Assembly (NCBI GenBank): GCA_963666975.2
Contig: CAXVYR010000002.1
Coordinates: forward strand, 256,001 to 320,000
DNA from: Terriglobia bacterium
GTDB lineage: Bacteria; Acidobacteriota; Terriglobia; 2-12-FULL-54-10
Direction: 5' to 3'
DNA: 64,000 bases
This document shows positions 37,062 through 46,589 of this stretch, in pieces. Made by a program: the position numbers and the translations under genes. The number at the start of each line of letters is the position of its first letter. Positions within the stretch are counted from its first letter, which is position 1. Under the pieces are notes generated by a model. It saw nothing but the letters and a program-made list of their open reading frames with translations. It was not told the origin of the DNA and ran no database searches.

Positions 37062-37550
37062 ATGAAAATCGAGGAGACCTTCCAGGTTCCCACTTCCGTC
37101 GACCGAGTTTGGGACTTTATTACCGACCCCAACAAGATTGCTTCCTGTCTTCCTGCCGTGCAGTCGGTGCAGATCCTGGATGATCGCCATTATGAGGTTG
37201 TCGTCAAACAAAGGGTCGGCTTTATCTCGGCCACCTTCAAGATCCATACGGAGGTTTTGGAGAAAGAGGCCCCATTTCGAATGGTGCTTTCGAACAAGGG
37301 TAAGACCATCGCAGGAGCCCGCGGGACGTTGAAATCCACCGATACGATTGTCTTGAAAGCCGCGCCCGATCAATCCACCGAGGTTCACGTTGTTTCGGAG
37401 GTGACATTGGGCGGACAACTGGCAATCCTAGGAGCCAAGCTGATTGAAGCAAAGTCGAAGGAATTATTCGTGGAGGCTACCGCGAATCTCAAAGAGAAAC
37501 TGGGGGGGCGTTCCGCGCCGCCTGCTTCAGCACCCGTACAGATGCACTAG
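37062..37550 (+). CDS. CoxG/SRPBCC-family protein
   Basis: VWDFITDP..IASCLP, GGQLAILGAKLI; precedes Mo-hydroxylase genes. Confidence 0.85.
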   Translation: MKIEETFQVPTSVDRVWDFITDPNKIASCLPAVQSVQILDDRHYEVVVKQRVGFISATFKIHTEVLEKEAPFRMVLSNKGKTIAGARGTLKSTDTIVLKAAPDQSTEVHVVSEVTLGGQLAILGAKLIEAKSKELFVEATANLKEKLGGRSAPPASAPVQMH

Positions 37551-37649
37551 GGCAAGGCCATTGCGTTTTTGCGACCGCTGCTCCAGAGTTTGAAAGGCCT
37601 GTTCTCCCGCAAATGGATGGTGAAGCCGGAGTGATCCGAGAAAACGTTC

Positions 37650-38531
37650 ATGGGACTGAGAAATTTCGAGTACATTGAGCCTTCCAGCGTTCATGAGGCC
37701 AGCCGGTTTATAGCCGGTCATCCAGAGGAGGCACGCATCTACGCGGGGGGGACTTCCTTGCTTCTTCTCATGAAGCAGGGTATTGTCCGCCCAGCCTACC
37801 TTGTGAATATCAAAAAGATTCCCGGCCTGCGATACATCGAAAACGGGAATTCTACGATTCGGATCGGCAGCCTCACTACCCATCACGACCTGGAGGTTTC
37901 GCCCCTCATCAAACGGTTCGTGCCAGCAATCGCTGAGGTCGAGCCGGAGGTGGCGAACATTCGTGTGCGCAGCACCGGAACAGTGGGCGGAAATCTCGGA
38001 TTCGGAGAGCCTCTCACGGATCTTCCCCCGATCCTCATCGCTCTCGATGCCCGAATCAAAGTTGCAGATCAAAACGAAGACCGTGTTATCCCATTGGAAC
38101 AGCTGTTTGCCGGCTACTATGAAACCACCCTAAAGCCGAACGAACTCATTACCGAAGTCCAGGTAGATCGCATGGCGCCACACTTTGGCCTCAAGTACAT
38201 GAGGTTCTCGGTCGGGTCTGATAAGCCGGCCGTCGGCTGCGCGATCGGAGTGCGGTTGGATCCGCGCACCGGGACGTGCGTGGATGCGCGTTGTGTTTTG
38301 GGGTGTGTTGCTCCGACACCCCTTCGGGTCCGGGAGGCGGAAGAAGTGCTGAAGGGTAAACCGTTTCGCGCTGATCTGGCCGAACAGGCGGCTCGTCTCG
38401 CTTCACAGGCCTGCTCCCCTTTGAGTGATCTGCGCGGATCGGAGCAGTACAAGCGCACCATCGTGGGTGTGCTAATGAGGAGAGCTGTGGGGGAGGCTTT
38501 CCGGAGGGCTGAGAGTCAAAGCGCTGACTAG
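37650..38531 (+). CDS. Xanthine-dehydrogenase-family FAD subunit (CoxM-like)
   Basis: AGGTSL, IRVRSTGTVGGN, SDLRGSEQYK. Confidence 0.93.
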   Translation: MGLRNFEYIEPSSVHEASRFIAGHPEEARIYAGGTSLLLLMKQGIVRPAYLVNIKKIPGLRYIENGNSTIRIGSLTTHHDLEVSPLIKRFVPAIAEVEPEVANIRVRSTGTVGGNLGFGEPLTDLPPILIALDARIKVADQNEDRVIPLEQLFAGYYETTLKPNELITEVQVDRMAPHFGLKYMRFSVGSDKPAVGCAIGVRLDPRTGTCVDARCVLGCVAPTPLRVREAEEVLKGKPFRADLAEQAARLASQACSPLSDLRGSEQYKRTIVGVLMRRAVGEAFRRAESQSAD

Positions 38532-38538
38532 GTGAACG

Positions 38539-39021
38539 ATGAAGCGAGCCATCCAAGTTACCGTCAACGGTGGAGTCCACGAGTTGAGCGTAGAACCGCG
38601 GGAGACTCTTTTGGAGATCCTTCGAGGGCCGGTGGGCTTGACCGGCACCAAATTGGGATGCGATCAGCAAGTGTGTGGATCGTGTACGGTCTTGATGAAC
38701 GGCCTGCCGGTCAGTTCCTGCTCCGTTCTGGGAGTGGACGCGGCCGGCAACGAGGTCCTGACCATCGAGGGGTTGGCGACCGATGGAGAATTACACCCCA
38801 TTCAGAAGGCGTTTATCGAACACGGGGCTTTCCAATGCGCATACTGCACTTCCGGTCTGATCCTGGCCGTGAAGGCGCTTCTGGATCAGCTCCCTGCACC
38901 GGAGGAAGGCCAAATTCGCCACTTCTTGGCCGGCAACATCTGCCGTTGCGGATGTCATTTGGAAATTCTGCAAGCCGTGCGGTCGCTGCTTCAACAGTCG
39001 CAGCAGCGGAAGGAGGCTTGA
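38539..39021 (+). CDS. Xanthine-dehydrogenase-family 2Fe-2S subunit (CoxS-like)
   Basis: GTKLGCDQQVCGSCTV, QCAYCTSG, NICRC. Confidence 0.93.
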   Translation: MKRAIQVTVNGGVHELSVEPRETLLEILRGPVGLTGTKLGCDQQVCGSCTVLMNGLPVSSCSVLGVDAAGNEVLTIEGLATDGELHPIQKAFIEHGAFQCAYCTSGLILAVKALLDQLPAPEEGQIRHFLAGNICRCGCHLEILQAVRSLLQQSQQRKEA

Positions 39022-41369
39022 TGGGCAAGTTTTCCGTGATTGGCCAGTCGGTTCCCCGACTGGAGAGCGAGGAGAAAGTAACCGGCCAGTTGAAATTTCT
39101 AGACGATCTCAAGCTTCCCGGACTGCTGTACGGAAAGATTCTTCGGAGTCCCCATGCCCATGCCAAGATTCTGCATATTGATGCCGGGCAGGCAACAAAG
39201 CTTCCCGGGGTCGTTGCCGTTTTGACTCGGGACGACGTCATCGGCAATCAGGCCTATGACTCCCATTACGGGCCGATCCTGAAGGACCAGACCATTGTAG
39301 CTCTTGACAAGGTCCGTTACGTAGGGGATCCAGTGGCGGCGGTAGCGGCAACGAGTCCGTACGTGGCTGAGGAAGCTATGGAACTGATCGAAGTCGACTA
39401 CGACGAATTGCCGGCTGTCTTGGATTCGGAAGAGGCGCTCGCCGAGAATGCACCGCTCCTTCACGAGAAGATTCAGAAGCCCCGCCAGGGTTTTGCGGAT
39501 CTGTCCGATGTCGGGCACGTCGAAGGAACCAATATCTGCAACCATTTTCACTTGAGCAAGGGAGATGTCGAAAAAGGATTCCGGGAATCGGACCACATTT
39601 TTGAGCATGTCTTTACCTCGCCTGCCGCTCAGCACGCGGCCCTGGAATCTTTCTCGGCGGTCGCCAGCTTTGACTCGTCTGGACGACTGACCATCTGGTC
39701 CACCGTACAAAATCCGTTTGTGATTCGGGACCAGATTGCCGAGCTGTTCCATCGGCCACTCTCGAAAGTGCGGGTCATTGCTCTTCACTTAGGCGGGGGC
39801 TATGGCTCCAAGCTTTACCCTAAACTGGAGCCTTTGGTGGCGGCCCTGGCGCACAAGGCAAAACGTCCGGTAGGCGTTACACTGACCCGGGAAGAGGTCT
39901 TTCTTACCATTACAAAGCACGCGGCGAAGATCTACGTGAAGACAGGAGTATCCAAAAACGGCAGGATCCTGGCCCGTGAGTGCCGGGTTGACCTGGACAC
40001 AGGGGCGTACGCGGAGATCGGTCCCAGAGTATCGAAAAAGTCCGGATACACGGCAGCGGGCCCGTATGAAATCCCGAACGTCCTGATTGACTCCTACTTG
40101 CTCTATACCAACAAAGTGCCGGCCGGCGCATTTCGGGGATTCGGAGTGTCACAGTCCAACTGGGCTCATGAATCGCAAATGGACATTATCGCGCGTGCTC
40201 TGAAGATGGACCCTCTGGAGTTGAGGCGAAAGAATCTGCTGGATGAGGGCGGAGAGTTCGTTACGGGCGAACGTGTTCACAGCGCGGCTATGATGGAATG
40301 CCTGAACAAAGCCGCGGCTGCTGTCCGGTGGGGAACGCGGTCCGAGCCCGCAAGCAAATCGGCGGCTCGCGGCAAAGGTCTTGCCTGTCTCATTAAAGCA
40401 ACCATTACTCCTTCCATCTCCTCGGCCCTGGTCCGCCTGAACGAGGACGGAAGCGCCACCGTCTATGTGGGAACCACCGACATGGGTCAGGGCTCCGACA
40501 CGGTGATGGCCCAAATCGCGAGCGAAGAGCTGCGCATCCCTCTGGATCAAATTGGGGTTGTCCACTCAGATACCGATCTCACTCCATACGATCTGACGAC
40601 TTCCTCCAGTCGCTCCACGTTCCACATGGGACGAGCTGTTCAGATGGCCGCCCGAGATGTCAGTGTACAGCTTGCTTGCATGGCGGCCCGGCTGTTCAAT
40701 GTCGGCCCGGAGGAAGTAGTCTGCGAGAATCAGGGAGTCAGACCGGGAGACAATAGCGCTCCGAGCCTGAGTTACAATGCCCTCCTCCTCAAAAACTTCG
40801 GAATCAAAGGGGCTAATCTGATAGGAAAAGGGACCGTGAAGACTCGCTCAACGTTGGACAACGGAGAGCATGTAACGTCCGCTTTTTGGTTCGCTGGGGC
40901 CGCCGCCGCTGAGGTGGAGGTGGATCGCGACACTGGGCAGGTCCGTGTAGTGCGGTATGCGATTGCAGCGGATGTCGGGAAAGCACTCAACCCGTTGTTT
41001 TGTGAACAACAACTCCGCGGGGGCACAATCACCGGAATTGGACTGGCTTTAATGGAACAACTTGTTTACCAGGGGGGGTTACTGATCAACCCTAATTTCC
41101 TCGATTACAATCTGCCCCGCTTTCTGGATGTTCCGGAAGAGATTATCCCCATTCTGGTAGAACGGGCTCATCCGGAGGGACCTTTTGGCGCGAAGGGATT
41201 AGGCGAAACAGCGCTCATTCCCGCTGCTCCAGCGATTGCCAATGCCGTTGAAGATGCCGTAGGCGTCAGGATCACTGAATTGCCGATAACGCCGGAAAGA
41301 GTTTTGTCGGCCTTGCAGCAGAAGCAAGAGGAAAAAGTAAAGAAGTCGACTCTTTCCAGGGTATCGTGA
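39021..41369 (+). CDS. Xanthine-dehydrogenase-family molybdopterin subunit (CoxL-like, not CO dehydrogenase)
   Basis: Start reassigned to MGKFSVIG after AGGAGG; RSPHAHA, GGGYGSK, GAFRGFG, DMGQG, GAKGLGE. Confidence 0.93.
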   Translation: MGKFSVIGQSVPRLESEEKVTGQLKFLDDLKLPGLLYGKILRSPHAHAKILHIDAGQATKLPGVVAVLTRDDVIGNQAYDSHYGPILKDQTIVALDKVRYVGDPVAAVAATSPYVAEEAMELIEVDYDELPAVLDSEEALAENAPLLHEKIQKPRQGFADLSDVGHVEGTNICNHFHLSKGDVEKGFRESDHIFEHVFTSPAAQHAALESFSAVASFDSSGRLTIWSTVQNPFVIRDQIAELFHRPLSKVRVIALHLGGGYGSKLYPKLEPLVAALAHKAKRPVGVTLTREEVFLTITKHAAKIYVKTGVSKNGRILARECRVDLDTGAYAEIGPRVSKKSGYTAAGPYEIPNVLIDSYLLYTNKVPAGAFRGFGVSQSNWAHESQMDIIARALKMDPLELRRKNLLDEGGEFVTGERVHSAAMMECLNKAAAAVRWGTRSEPASKSAARGKGLACLIKATITPSISSALVRLNEDGSATVYVGTTDMGQGSDTVMAQIASEELRIPLDQIGVVHSDTDLTPYDLTTSSSRSTFHMGRAVQMAARDVSVQLACMAARLFNVGPEEVVCENQGVRPGDNSAPSLSYNALLLKNFGIKGANLIGKGTVKTRSTLDNGEHVTSAFWFAGAAAAEVEVDRDTGQVRVVRYAIAADVGKALNPLFCEQQLRGGTITGIGLALMEQLVYQGGLLINPNFLDYNLPRFLDVPEEIIPILVERAHPEGPFGAKGLGETALIPAAPAIANAVEDAVGVRITELPITPERVLSALQQKQEEKVKKSTLSRVS

Positions 41370-41764
41370 ATAGTGGAAAACGGCGGAAGCAGAAGAGGAC
41401 TTTTTCTTTCTCAGTATAGACTAGCTTTTTTGCATCCTAAGATTGTCCGAACAGAGCCAACAAACCGTTATACTTTGCGGCGCATGTAAGGGTTCCTGGG
41501 GCGGTCGGGTCTAACAAATATCCTTATGTCATTTCCGGTTATTGCCGTGTCAGCCAAAGTAGATGGGGGCCTGGGCACTGCAGATCGCCCTGCCGATCCG
41601 GCTCCCCAGAACCGACTCCAATCAGCCCGGCAACAGGCGCGTCGTGTCAGCACAGCATCAGATTCGGAACACTCTTAAAGCATTATTAGCATCGTGGGAA
41701 GGCTTGGCACGGCCGGGCACGCAAGCGGAAAGGGCGACTCCTCAGGAACGTTACAGGAGAATTT

Positions 41765-42979
41765 ATGGGGCTGGTCAGCGTAAAGTGCTCGGGTAAGGCA
41801 TTTGAGATTGGAAGAACACACGGACAGTTCCTCAAGGGTGCGGTTCGCTTCAACACCTCGAATTTCTTGGGAGCATGTTCCAACGCGGGCCTGGACAGGC
41901 CCACGCTGATGCGATCGGCGAAACGGCTTGCTCAGGACTATAGTGACCCGATGCTTGAGGAGGTCCGAGGAATCGCAGAGGGAGCTGATGTGGATGGGGA
42001 TGAGCTTTTGGCGTTCAACCTCTGCCACAGTTGGGTCTTTGCGGATGAGTGCACAGTGCTGTTCGCCATGGGTGATGCCACTGCATCCGGCAAGGTTCTT
42101 TTTCTCAAGAACAGTGACAAAATCGGCTCCTCCTCGATGGTGGGTCCGAACTTTTACCAGAACAAAGAAATTAATGTTGTGCTGGTCATCGATCCGAAGG
42201 ATGGCCCCGGCATCATCGGGGTATCCTCTGCAGGATCAGCAGGCCTGAAGATGGGAGTCAGCGACCTGGGCGTTGCGGCCGGAACGAACATTGTCCGCAC
42301 AAGAGAACTCGGCAAGCGCAAAGTGGATACCACACAAATGAGAGCCCTGGACCGTGTCCAGTTGGCACGCGAGGGGCTCCTGAAGTCGAGCGCAATGGAG
42401 GCGGCAAACTATGTTGCCGGACGTGTCTCCGAGAGCCCAACCGCCACACCGGGGAATATTGAATTCGTGGATTCCACAGCCGGAGCCATAGTGGAAGGGT
42501 CTTACGATCGAGTGGCTCTTCACGTCGTCAAATCAGGGATCGCCTCTCGGTCCAACTCATTTGTCGTATTGCGGGAATTGAACGATCCTACCGATGTTTC
42601 CAGTTACTGCCGGTACGTTCGGACCCAGCAACTTCTCTCAGACCGCATCGGCAAGTTAACTCCTGATCTGATGAAGCAGTTCTCTCAAGACCACGCCAAT
42701 GGTCCGGGTCCCAACTCCATTTGCCGCCACGGAAAGCACTATGAAGAGGAAACTTCGCAATCGGCCATGGTTGCGGAGTTGGACCGAGAACATCCGCAGC
42801 GAACTCGCTTTTGGATCGCGATGGGAAAGCCTTGTCATGCCTGGCAACGGCCTGCCGGCAGCTTGGAAGGGAAAATGGATCAACTGGACCGAATTCCAGA
42901 AGGCTTTCTTAACGGCGACACCTGGAAGCGCTTCCGATCCGAAGAACCGAATCTTGAGGTAGAACTCCTCAAGGCATGA
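41765..42979 (+). CDS. C45-family Ntn-hydrolase (acyltransferase/amidase)
   Basis: IGRTHG, EEVRGIAEGA, ADE-C-T autocleavage-type Cys, KNSD, DH......SICRH. Confidence 0.8.
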   Translation: MGLVSVKCSGKAFEIGRTHGQFLKGAVRFNTSNFLGACSNAGLDRPTLMRSAKRLAQDYSDPMLEEVRGIAEGADVDGDELLAFNLCHSWVFADECTVLFAMGDATASGKVLFLKNSDKIGSSSMVGPNFYQNKEINVVLVIDPKDGPGIIGVSSAGSAGLKMGVSDLGVAAGTNIVRTRELGKRKVDTTQMRALDRVQLAREGLLKSSAMEAANYVAGRVSESPTATPGNIEFVDSTAGAIVEGSYDRVALHVVKSGIASRSNSFVVLRELNDPTDVSSYCRYVRTQQLLSDRIGKLTPDLMKQFSQDHANGPGPNSICRHGKHYEEETSQSAMVAELDREHPQRTRFWIAMGKPCHAWQRPAGSLEGKMDQLDRIPEGFLNGDTWKRFRSEEPNLEVELLKA

Positions 42980-43041
42980 AGCTATAACGGCAGCGGTTTT
43001 CCTCTACCACCACTCGAGATTGCCAAAGCTTGGGAGGTCCC

Positions 43042-44322
43042 ATGAACCAGAACACCGAAAGGTCTAAGAAGTTTCTTACCATCGGCCTTCTGTGGAATGC
43101 CATGGTGTTCTCCTACATGATTCGGTATGCCCTGGGCATCGTGGCCCCCACTCTCATGACGCAGTACGACTTTTCGCCGAGCACCATGGGGTTCATTCTC
43201 TCCGGATGGAACTGGACGTACGCGGGCGCCCAGTTGTTGGTAGGACCTCTCGTCGACCGTTTTGGCGTATGGATCGTTATGGGCGTGGGGTCGGGGATCT
43301 GGGGACTCTCTACCGTTGCTCTACCGGTCGCCACGACGGCTGTTTCTCTGTTCGTAATGCGGGCGATATTCGGCTTGGGGCAGAGCATGCTCATTCCCGC
43401 AAACGCGGCTGCGATCTCTCGGCGGTTTGATGTCAAAGAGCGTGCGAGGGCTATTGCTGTTTCCTTCTCCGGAACCCCGATGGGTCCGGCCATCGGCGCC
43501 CCCATCGCCGCGTTTATCCTGGCCGGGTGGGGCTGGCAAGCCGTGTTCTACTGTCTGGGGGGGGGCAGTTTGCTGCTGACTCTGGCTTGGCTTTGTTTCT
43601 ATCCGGACAAGCAGGTCGGAAGACAATCGGCGCCGCTGCCGGATCGCACAAAGGATCGCAGCGAGCAACGCATTCCGTGGATTTCACTGTTCCGGTATCG
43701 TTCTACCTGGGGCATGGCTTTCGGCCAGATGGGGTATCTCTACGCGTTTTTCTTCTTCGTGAGCTGGCTTCCGGGATATTTGGTCCTGGAGCGAGGGATG
43801 ACCGTGCTGAGGACCGGAATCGTTGCTTCCCTGCCGTTCTGGGCCGGGATACTGGGCACACTAGGTGGCGGCTGGCTGGGAGACTATCTGATCCGGCGTG
43901 GCTTCAGCGTCACGGCGTCCCGAAAGACCATGATCGGCAGTGGAATGGTAGCGGCGACGGTCCTGGTGATTACGGCGGCGTTCGTTGAACAGACTTGGCT
44001 GGCCGTTACACTTCTCACATTCTCGGTAGGCTGCCTGCGGCTGACGACCGGTTCGGTGAATTCGATTGCGATTGACCTGGCGCCCCGATCAATGGTTGGC
44101 TCGCTTACATCGGTCCAGAATTTCTTTGGGAACACCGGAGGTCTCCTGGCGCCCATCGTCACAGGTTTCATAGTGGAGGCGACCGGGTCGTTTGTGGGAG
44201 CCCTGGTTGCTGCCGGTGGAATGGCATTATTCAGCGGCATCTGCTACGTCTTTGTCCTGGGGAAGGTAGAGACTCTTCAGGGGAGGTTCACGACCTCCAC
44301 TCCGGAGGTCCAATCCGCATAG
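43042..44322 (+). CDS. MFS transporter (anion:cation symporter-like)
   Basis: About 12 TMs, GPLVDRFG, ERARA, SWLPGYL, GGWLGD, APIVTG. Confidence 0.92.
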   Translation: MNQNTERSKKFLTIGLLWNAMVFSYMIRYALGIVAPTLMTQYDFSPSTMGFILSGWNWTYAGAQLLVGPLVDRFGVWIVMGVGSGIWGLSTVALPVATTAVSLFVMRAIFGLGQSMLIPANAAAISRRFDVKERARAIAVSFSGTPMGPAIGAPIAAFILAGWGWQAVFYCLGGGSLLLTLAWLCFYPDKQVGRQSAPLPDRTKDRSEQRIPWISLFRYRSTWGMAFGQMGYLYAFFFFVSWLPGYLVLERGMTVLRTGIVASLPFWAGILGTLGGGWLGDYLIRRGFSVTASRKTMIGSGMVAATVLVITAAFVEQTWLAVTLLTFSVGCLRLTTGSVNSIAIDLAPRSMVGSLTSVQNFFGNTGGLLAPIVTGFIVEATGSFVGALVAAGGMALFSGICYVFVLGKVETLQGRFTTSTPEVQSA

Positions 44323-44447
44323 TCTCTGTAGAAAAGCATAGCGAAGAACGGCTTGGAGCCAGCTTCCCTCGGGTGAAGAACTCTCCCAAACTCCGATGTC
44401 TGTCTGGAAATGGATACAGGAAGGGTTAATTAACGAACTGCCAGACC

Positions 44448-45809
44448 CTAGACGTAATCGACCGCTTCTACTCCGGGAACTCGAACCTTGGCGAACTTCT
44501 CATTGTTCCGCAAGGGTTTTGTTGCATCGATCCCCCAGCAGGCCGACGTCCGCGGCTCTGGAACCGACGGATCCAAGGTCGAACACGTCAGCCGCGAAAC
44601 AATAATAATGTCCCGGTCCGGTTGCATTCGAGTACTCAAGGCCCACTCCACTTCCACTGGGCTGCGCACGTTGATGTCGTCGTCCACTACAATGACATGC
44701 TTTATTCCGATCCCGCTGGCTAGTAAGGCGAGGATGATATTACGCGCTTCCGCTTCGTGTCGTTTCCGGAAAGAAACCACGACGTGATGGCGGAAACTGC
44801 CTCCCGGCGTAACATAAACATCACGAACCTCCGGCGCCACCCTTTGTACATCCTGCCGAATCCGAGTCGTGTTGGGAAGTTCAATGAGGACATGATTTTC
44901 GGTGACGGGAAATCCGGTCAAGCACGTATGGTAAATCGGGTCGAGCCGCATGGTGATTGCCGTGACCTCAAGCACCGGGGCCTGCTTCGCTTCACTGTAG
45001 CAGCCCGGGTATTCCGCGAAGGGCCCGTCTCCGACCCGCTCTCCCGGAACCGTGACACCCTCGATGACGATTTCCGCGTCTGCCGGCACCCACAAAGGAA
45101 TCGTCTTGCAAGCCACCAGAGCAATCGGCTCTCCCTTCATGCCCCCCGCAATGTGCATTTCATCGATGCCGTACGGCGCCTTCACCTGCGATGCGATCAC
45201 GATTCGCGGATCCGCGCCGATGATCGTGGCGATTGGAAGGCCGTGCCCCTGTTCCTCGGCCTTCAGGATCATGCGTCCCAGGTGGTGATCGGGAGGAGCC
45301 CAAACCGTCAGGCGCTGCTTGTCCAAGACCAGCATGCGATGGATGCTAACGTTTCCTGACCCATCGTCGGGATCAGCCGCAGTTTGTACACCAATCGTGA
45401 TGTAGGCTCCAGCGTCCAGTTCAGAGTGGACAACGATTGGGAGCTGATGCAAGTCCACGTTGTCACCGGTCTTGACTACTTCTTGAACGGCGCCGCCGGA
45501 AACCCGCTCAGGCGGAATGAGCTTTTGCTCAAGACGTTCATAGTGGTCCAACATCTCTTTTTCAGAGACGCTCAGGGCCAGCGCCAGCAATTTGCGAGTG
45601 GCAAACACGCCCGCTGCTACGCGCCAGCCAGGGTAATTCCGGATGTTCTCGTACAGGAGAGCAGGGCCATCGATGTCAGACACCTTGCGGATACCCGCCG
45701 CTATTTCGAAACGAGTGTCAATTTCCCTTTGAACCCGCACCAACTTGCCATTCTTCTCGAGTAAATTCAGAAAATCACGAAAATCCCGATACATGGTTGT
45801 CTCTATCAT
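44448..45809 (-). CDS. UbiD-family prFMN-dependent decarboxylase
   Basis: DFRDFL..LE..G.L, NVSIHR, VPADAEIVIEG, DGPFAEYPG, VIVVDDDI, VEWALSTR, LDPS, GIDATKP. Confidence 0.93.
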   Translation of the reverse strand: MIETTMYRDFRDFLNLLEKNGKLVRVQREIDTRFEIAAGIRKVSDIDGPALLYENIRNYPGWRVAAGVFATRKLLALALSVSEKEMLDHYERLEQKLIPPERVSGGAVQEVVKTGDNVDLHQLPIVVHSELDAGAYITIGVQTAADPDDGSGNVSIHRMLVLDKQRLTVWAPPDHHLGRMILKAEEQGHGLPIATIIGADPRIVIASQVKAPYGIDEMHIAGGMKGEPIALVACKTIPLWVPADAEIVIEGVTVPGERVGDGPFAEYPGCYSEAKQAPVLEVTAITMRLDPIYHTCLTGFPVTENHVLIELPNTTRIRQDVQRVAPEVRDVYVTPGGSFRHHVVVSFRKRHEAEARNIILALLASGIGIKHVIVVDDDINVRSPVEVEWALSTRMQPDRDIIIVSRLTCSTLDPSVPEPRTSACWGIDATKPLRNNEKFAKVRVPGVEAVDYV

Positions 45810-46030
45810 AGCTCCTCAGCGAGGTTGCAGGCTAACACCGTTGGTTAAAACCCCTCGTCAGGCAGTCGGCATAACGAGAATTCCCAATGGGGTATTTCCA
45901 AAGCAAAATTGCTCACTGACTTTCATCTGAGCGGGTACGAACCATATCCCTCATCCCGCACAATCAATTAGCGTTGAACGAAGATGGATGAGTATATCCC
46001 GGAATACCGGGCAGTATATAGAATTTAAGC

Positions 46031-46336
46031 ATGAAAATGTCATTCCAGTTCGGACGGATCCGCTACGCCTGGGTGGTTGTGGCTGCCGTGACTGTGGTCT
46101 TGATGTTCGGATCGGGCATCCGGGCATCTTTGGGCGTCTTCATCAAACCGATTGAGGAGGAATTTGGTTGGGATCGGGTCTCGTTGTCAACGGTTGCTGC
46201 GCTTTCCTTGTTTCTACATGGAGCGGTTGGCCCTCTGGTGGGGCGGCTGGCGGATCGGTGGGGACCCGGAGGAGTCTTCCTGGCGGCGATCCTTTTGGGC
46301 CCGGGGACTCTAGCCGTCATCACTAGACCTGCCTGA
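46031..46336 (+). pseudogene. Truncated MFS transporter (first ~3 TMs only)
   Basis: YAWVVV...GVFIKPIEEEFGWDR...GRLADRWGP, then stop at 101 aa. Confidence 0.8.
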
Positions 46337-46341
46337 ACCAA

Positions 46342-46370
46342 TTGCTTTCCCCTCTCCCCTCGTGTAATCT
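46342..46370 (+). promoter_or_regulatory. Sigma70-like promoter
   Basis: TTGCTT-17bp-TAATCT. Confidence 0.55.
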
Positions 46371-46406
46371 TTTCACATTATTTTCAATTATTGGCGGGAG
46401 TAATCC

Positions 46407-46484
46407 GTGCCCATATCCCCAGGTGCCCGTTTTGGCTCGTACGAGGTCCTCGGCCCGTTAGGTGCGGGTGGCATGGGAGAGGTG
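46407..46484 (+). pseudogene. N-terminal relic of a Hanks-type Ser/Thr protein kinase
   Basis: MPISPGARFGSYEVLGPLGAGGMGEV (glycine-rich loop); similarity ends abruptly. Confidence 0.8.
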
Positions 46485-46589
46485 CCGGTCGCATTAACCG
46501 GTCTGCGGGTCCTATTACCGCCCATCGAACGACAACGCCAATTGCTGAAACGTTGCCCAGGCTCATGGGGCCTTCGGAGAGGTGCATCA

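Noticed and set aside
38529-39020. The coxM-like TAG is followed at once by the in-frame ORF 38532-41369, suggesting pyrrolysine or other readthrough
   Set aside because: The extension overlaps the coxS-like gene in another frame and has no recognisable motifs; the large subunit has its own AGGAGG and ATG at 39021
37062-41369. Aerobic CO dehydrogenase operon
   Set aside because: The active-site loop is AFRGFG, not AYxCSFR or AYxGAGR, and no coxDEF are present
41370-41764. Possible riboswitch in the long leader of the C45 gene (CTCCT could pair with the AGGAG RBS)
   Set aside because: Only a 5-bp stem and no recognisable aptamer; an Rfam search would be needed
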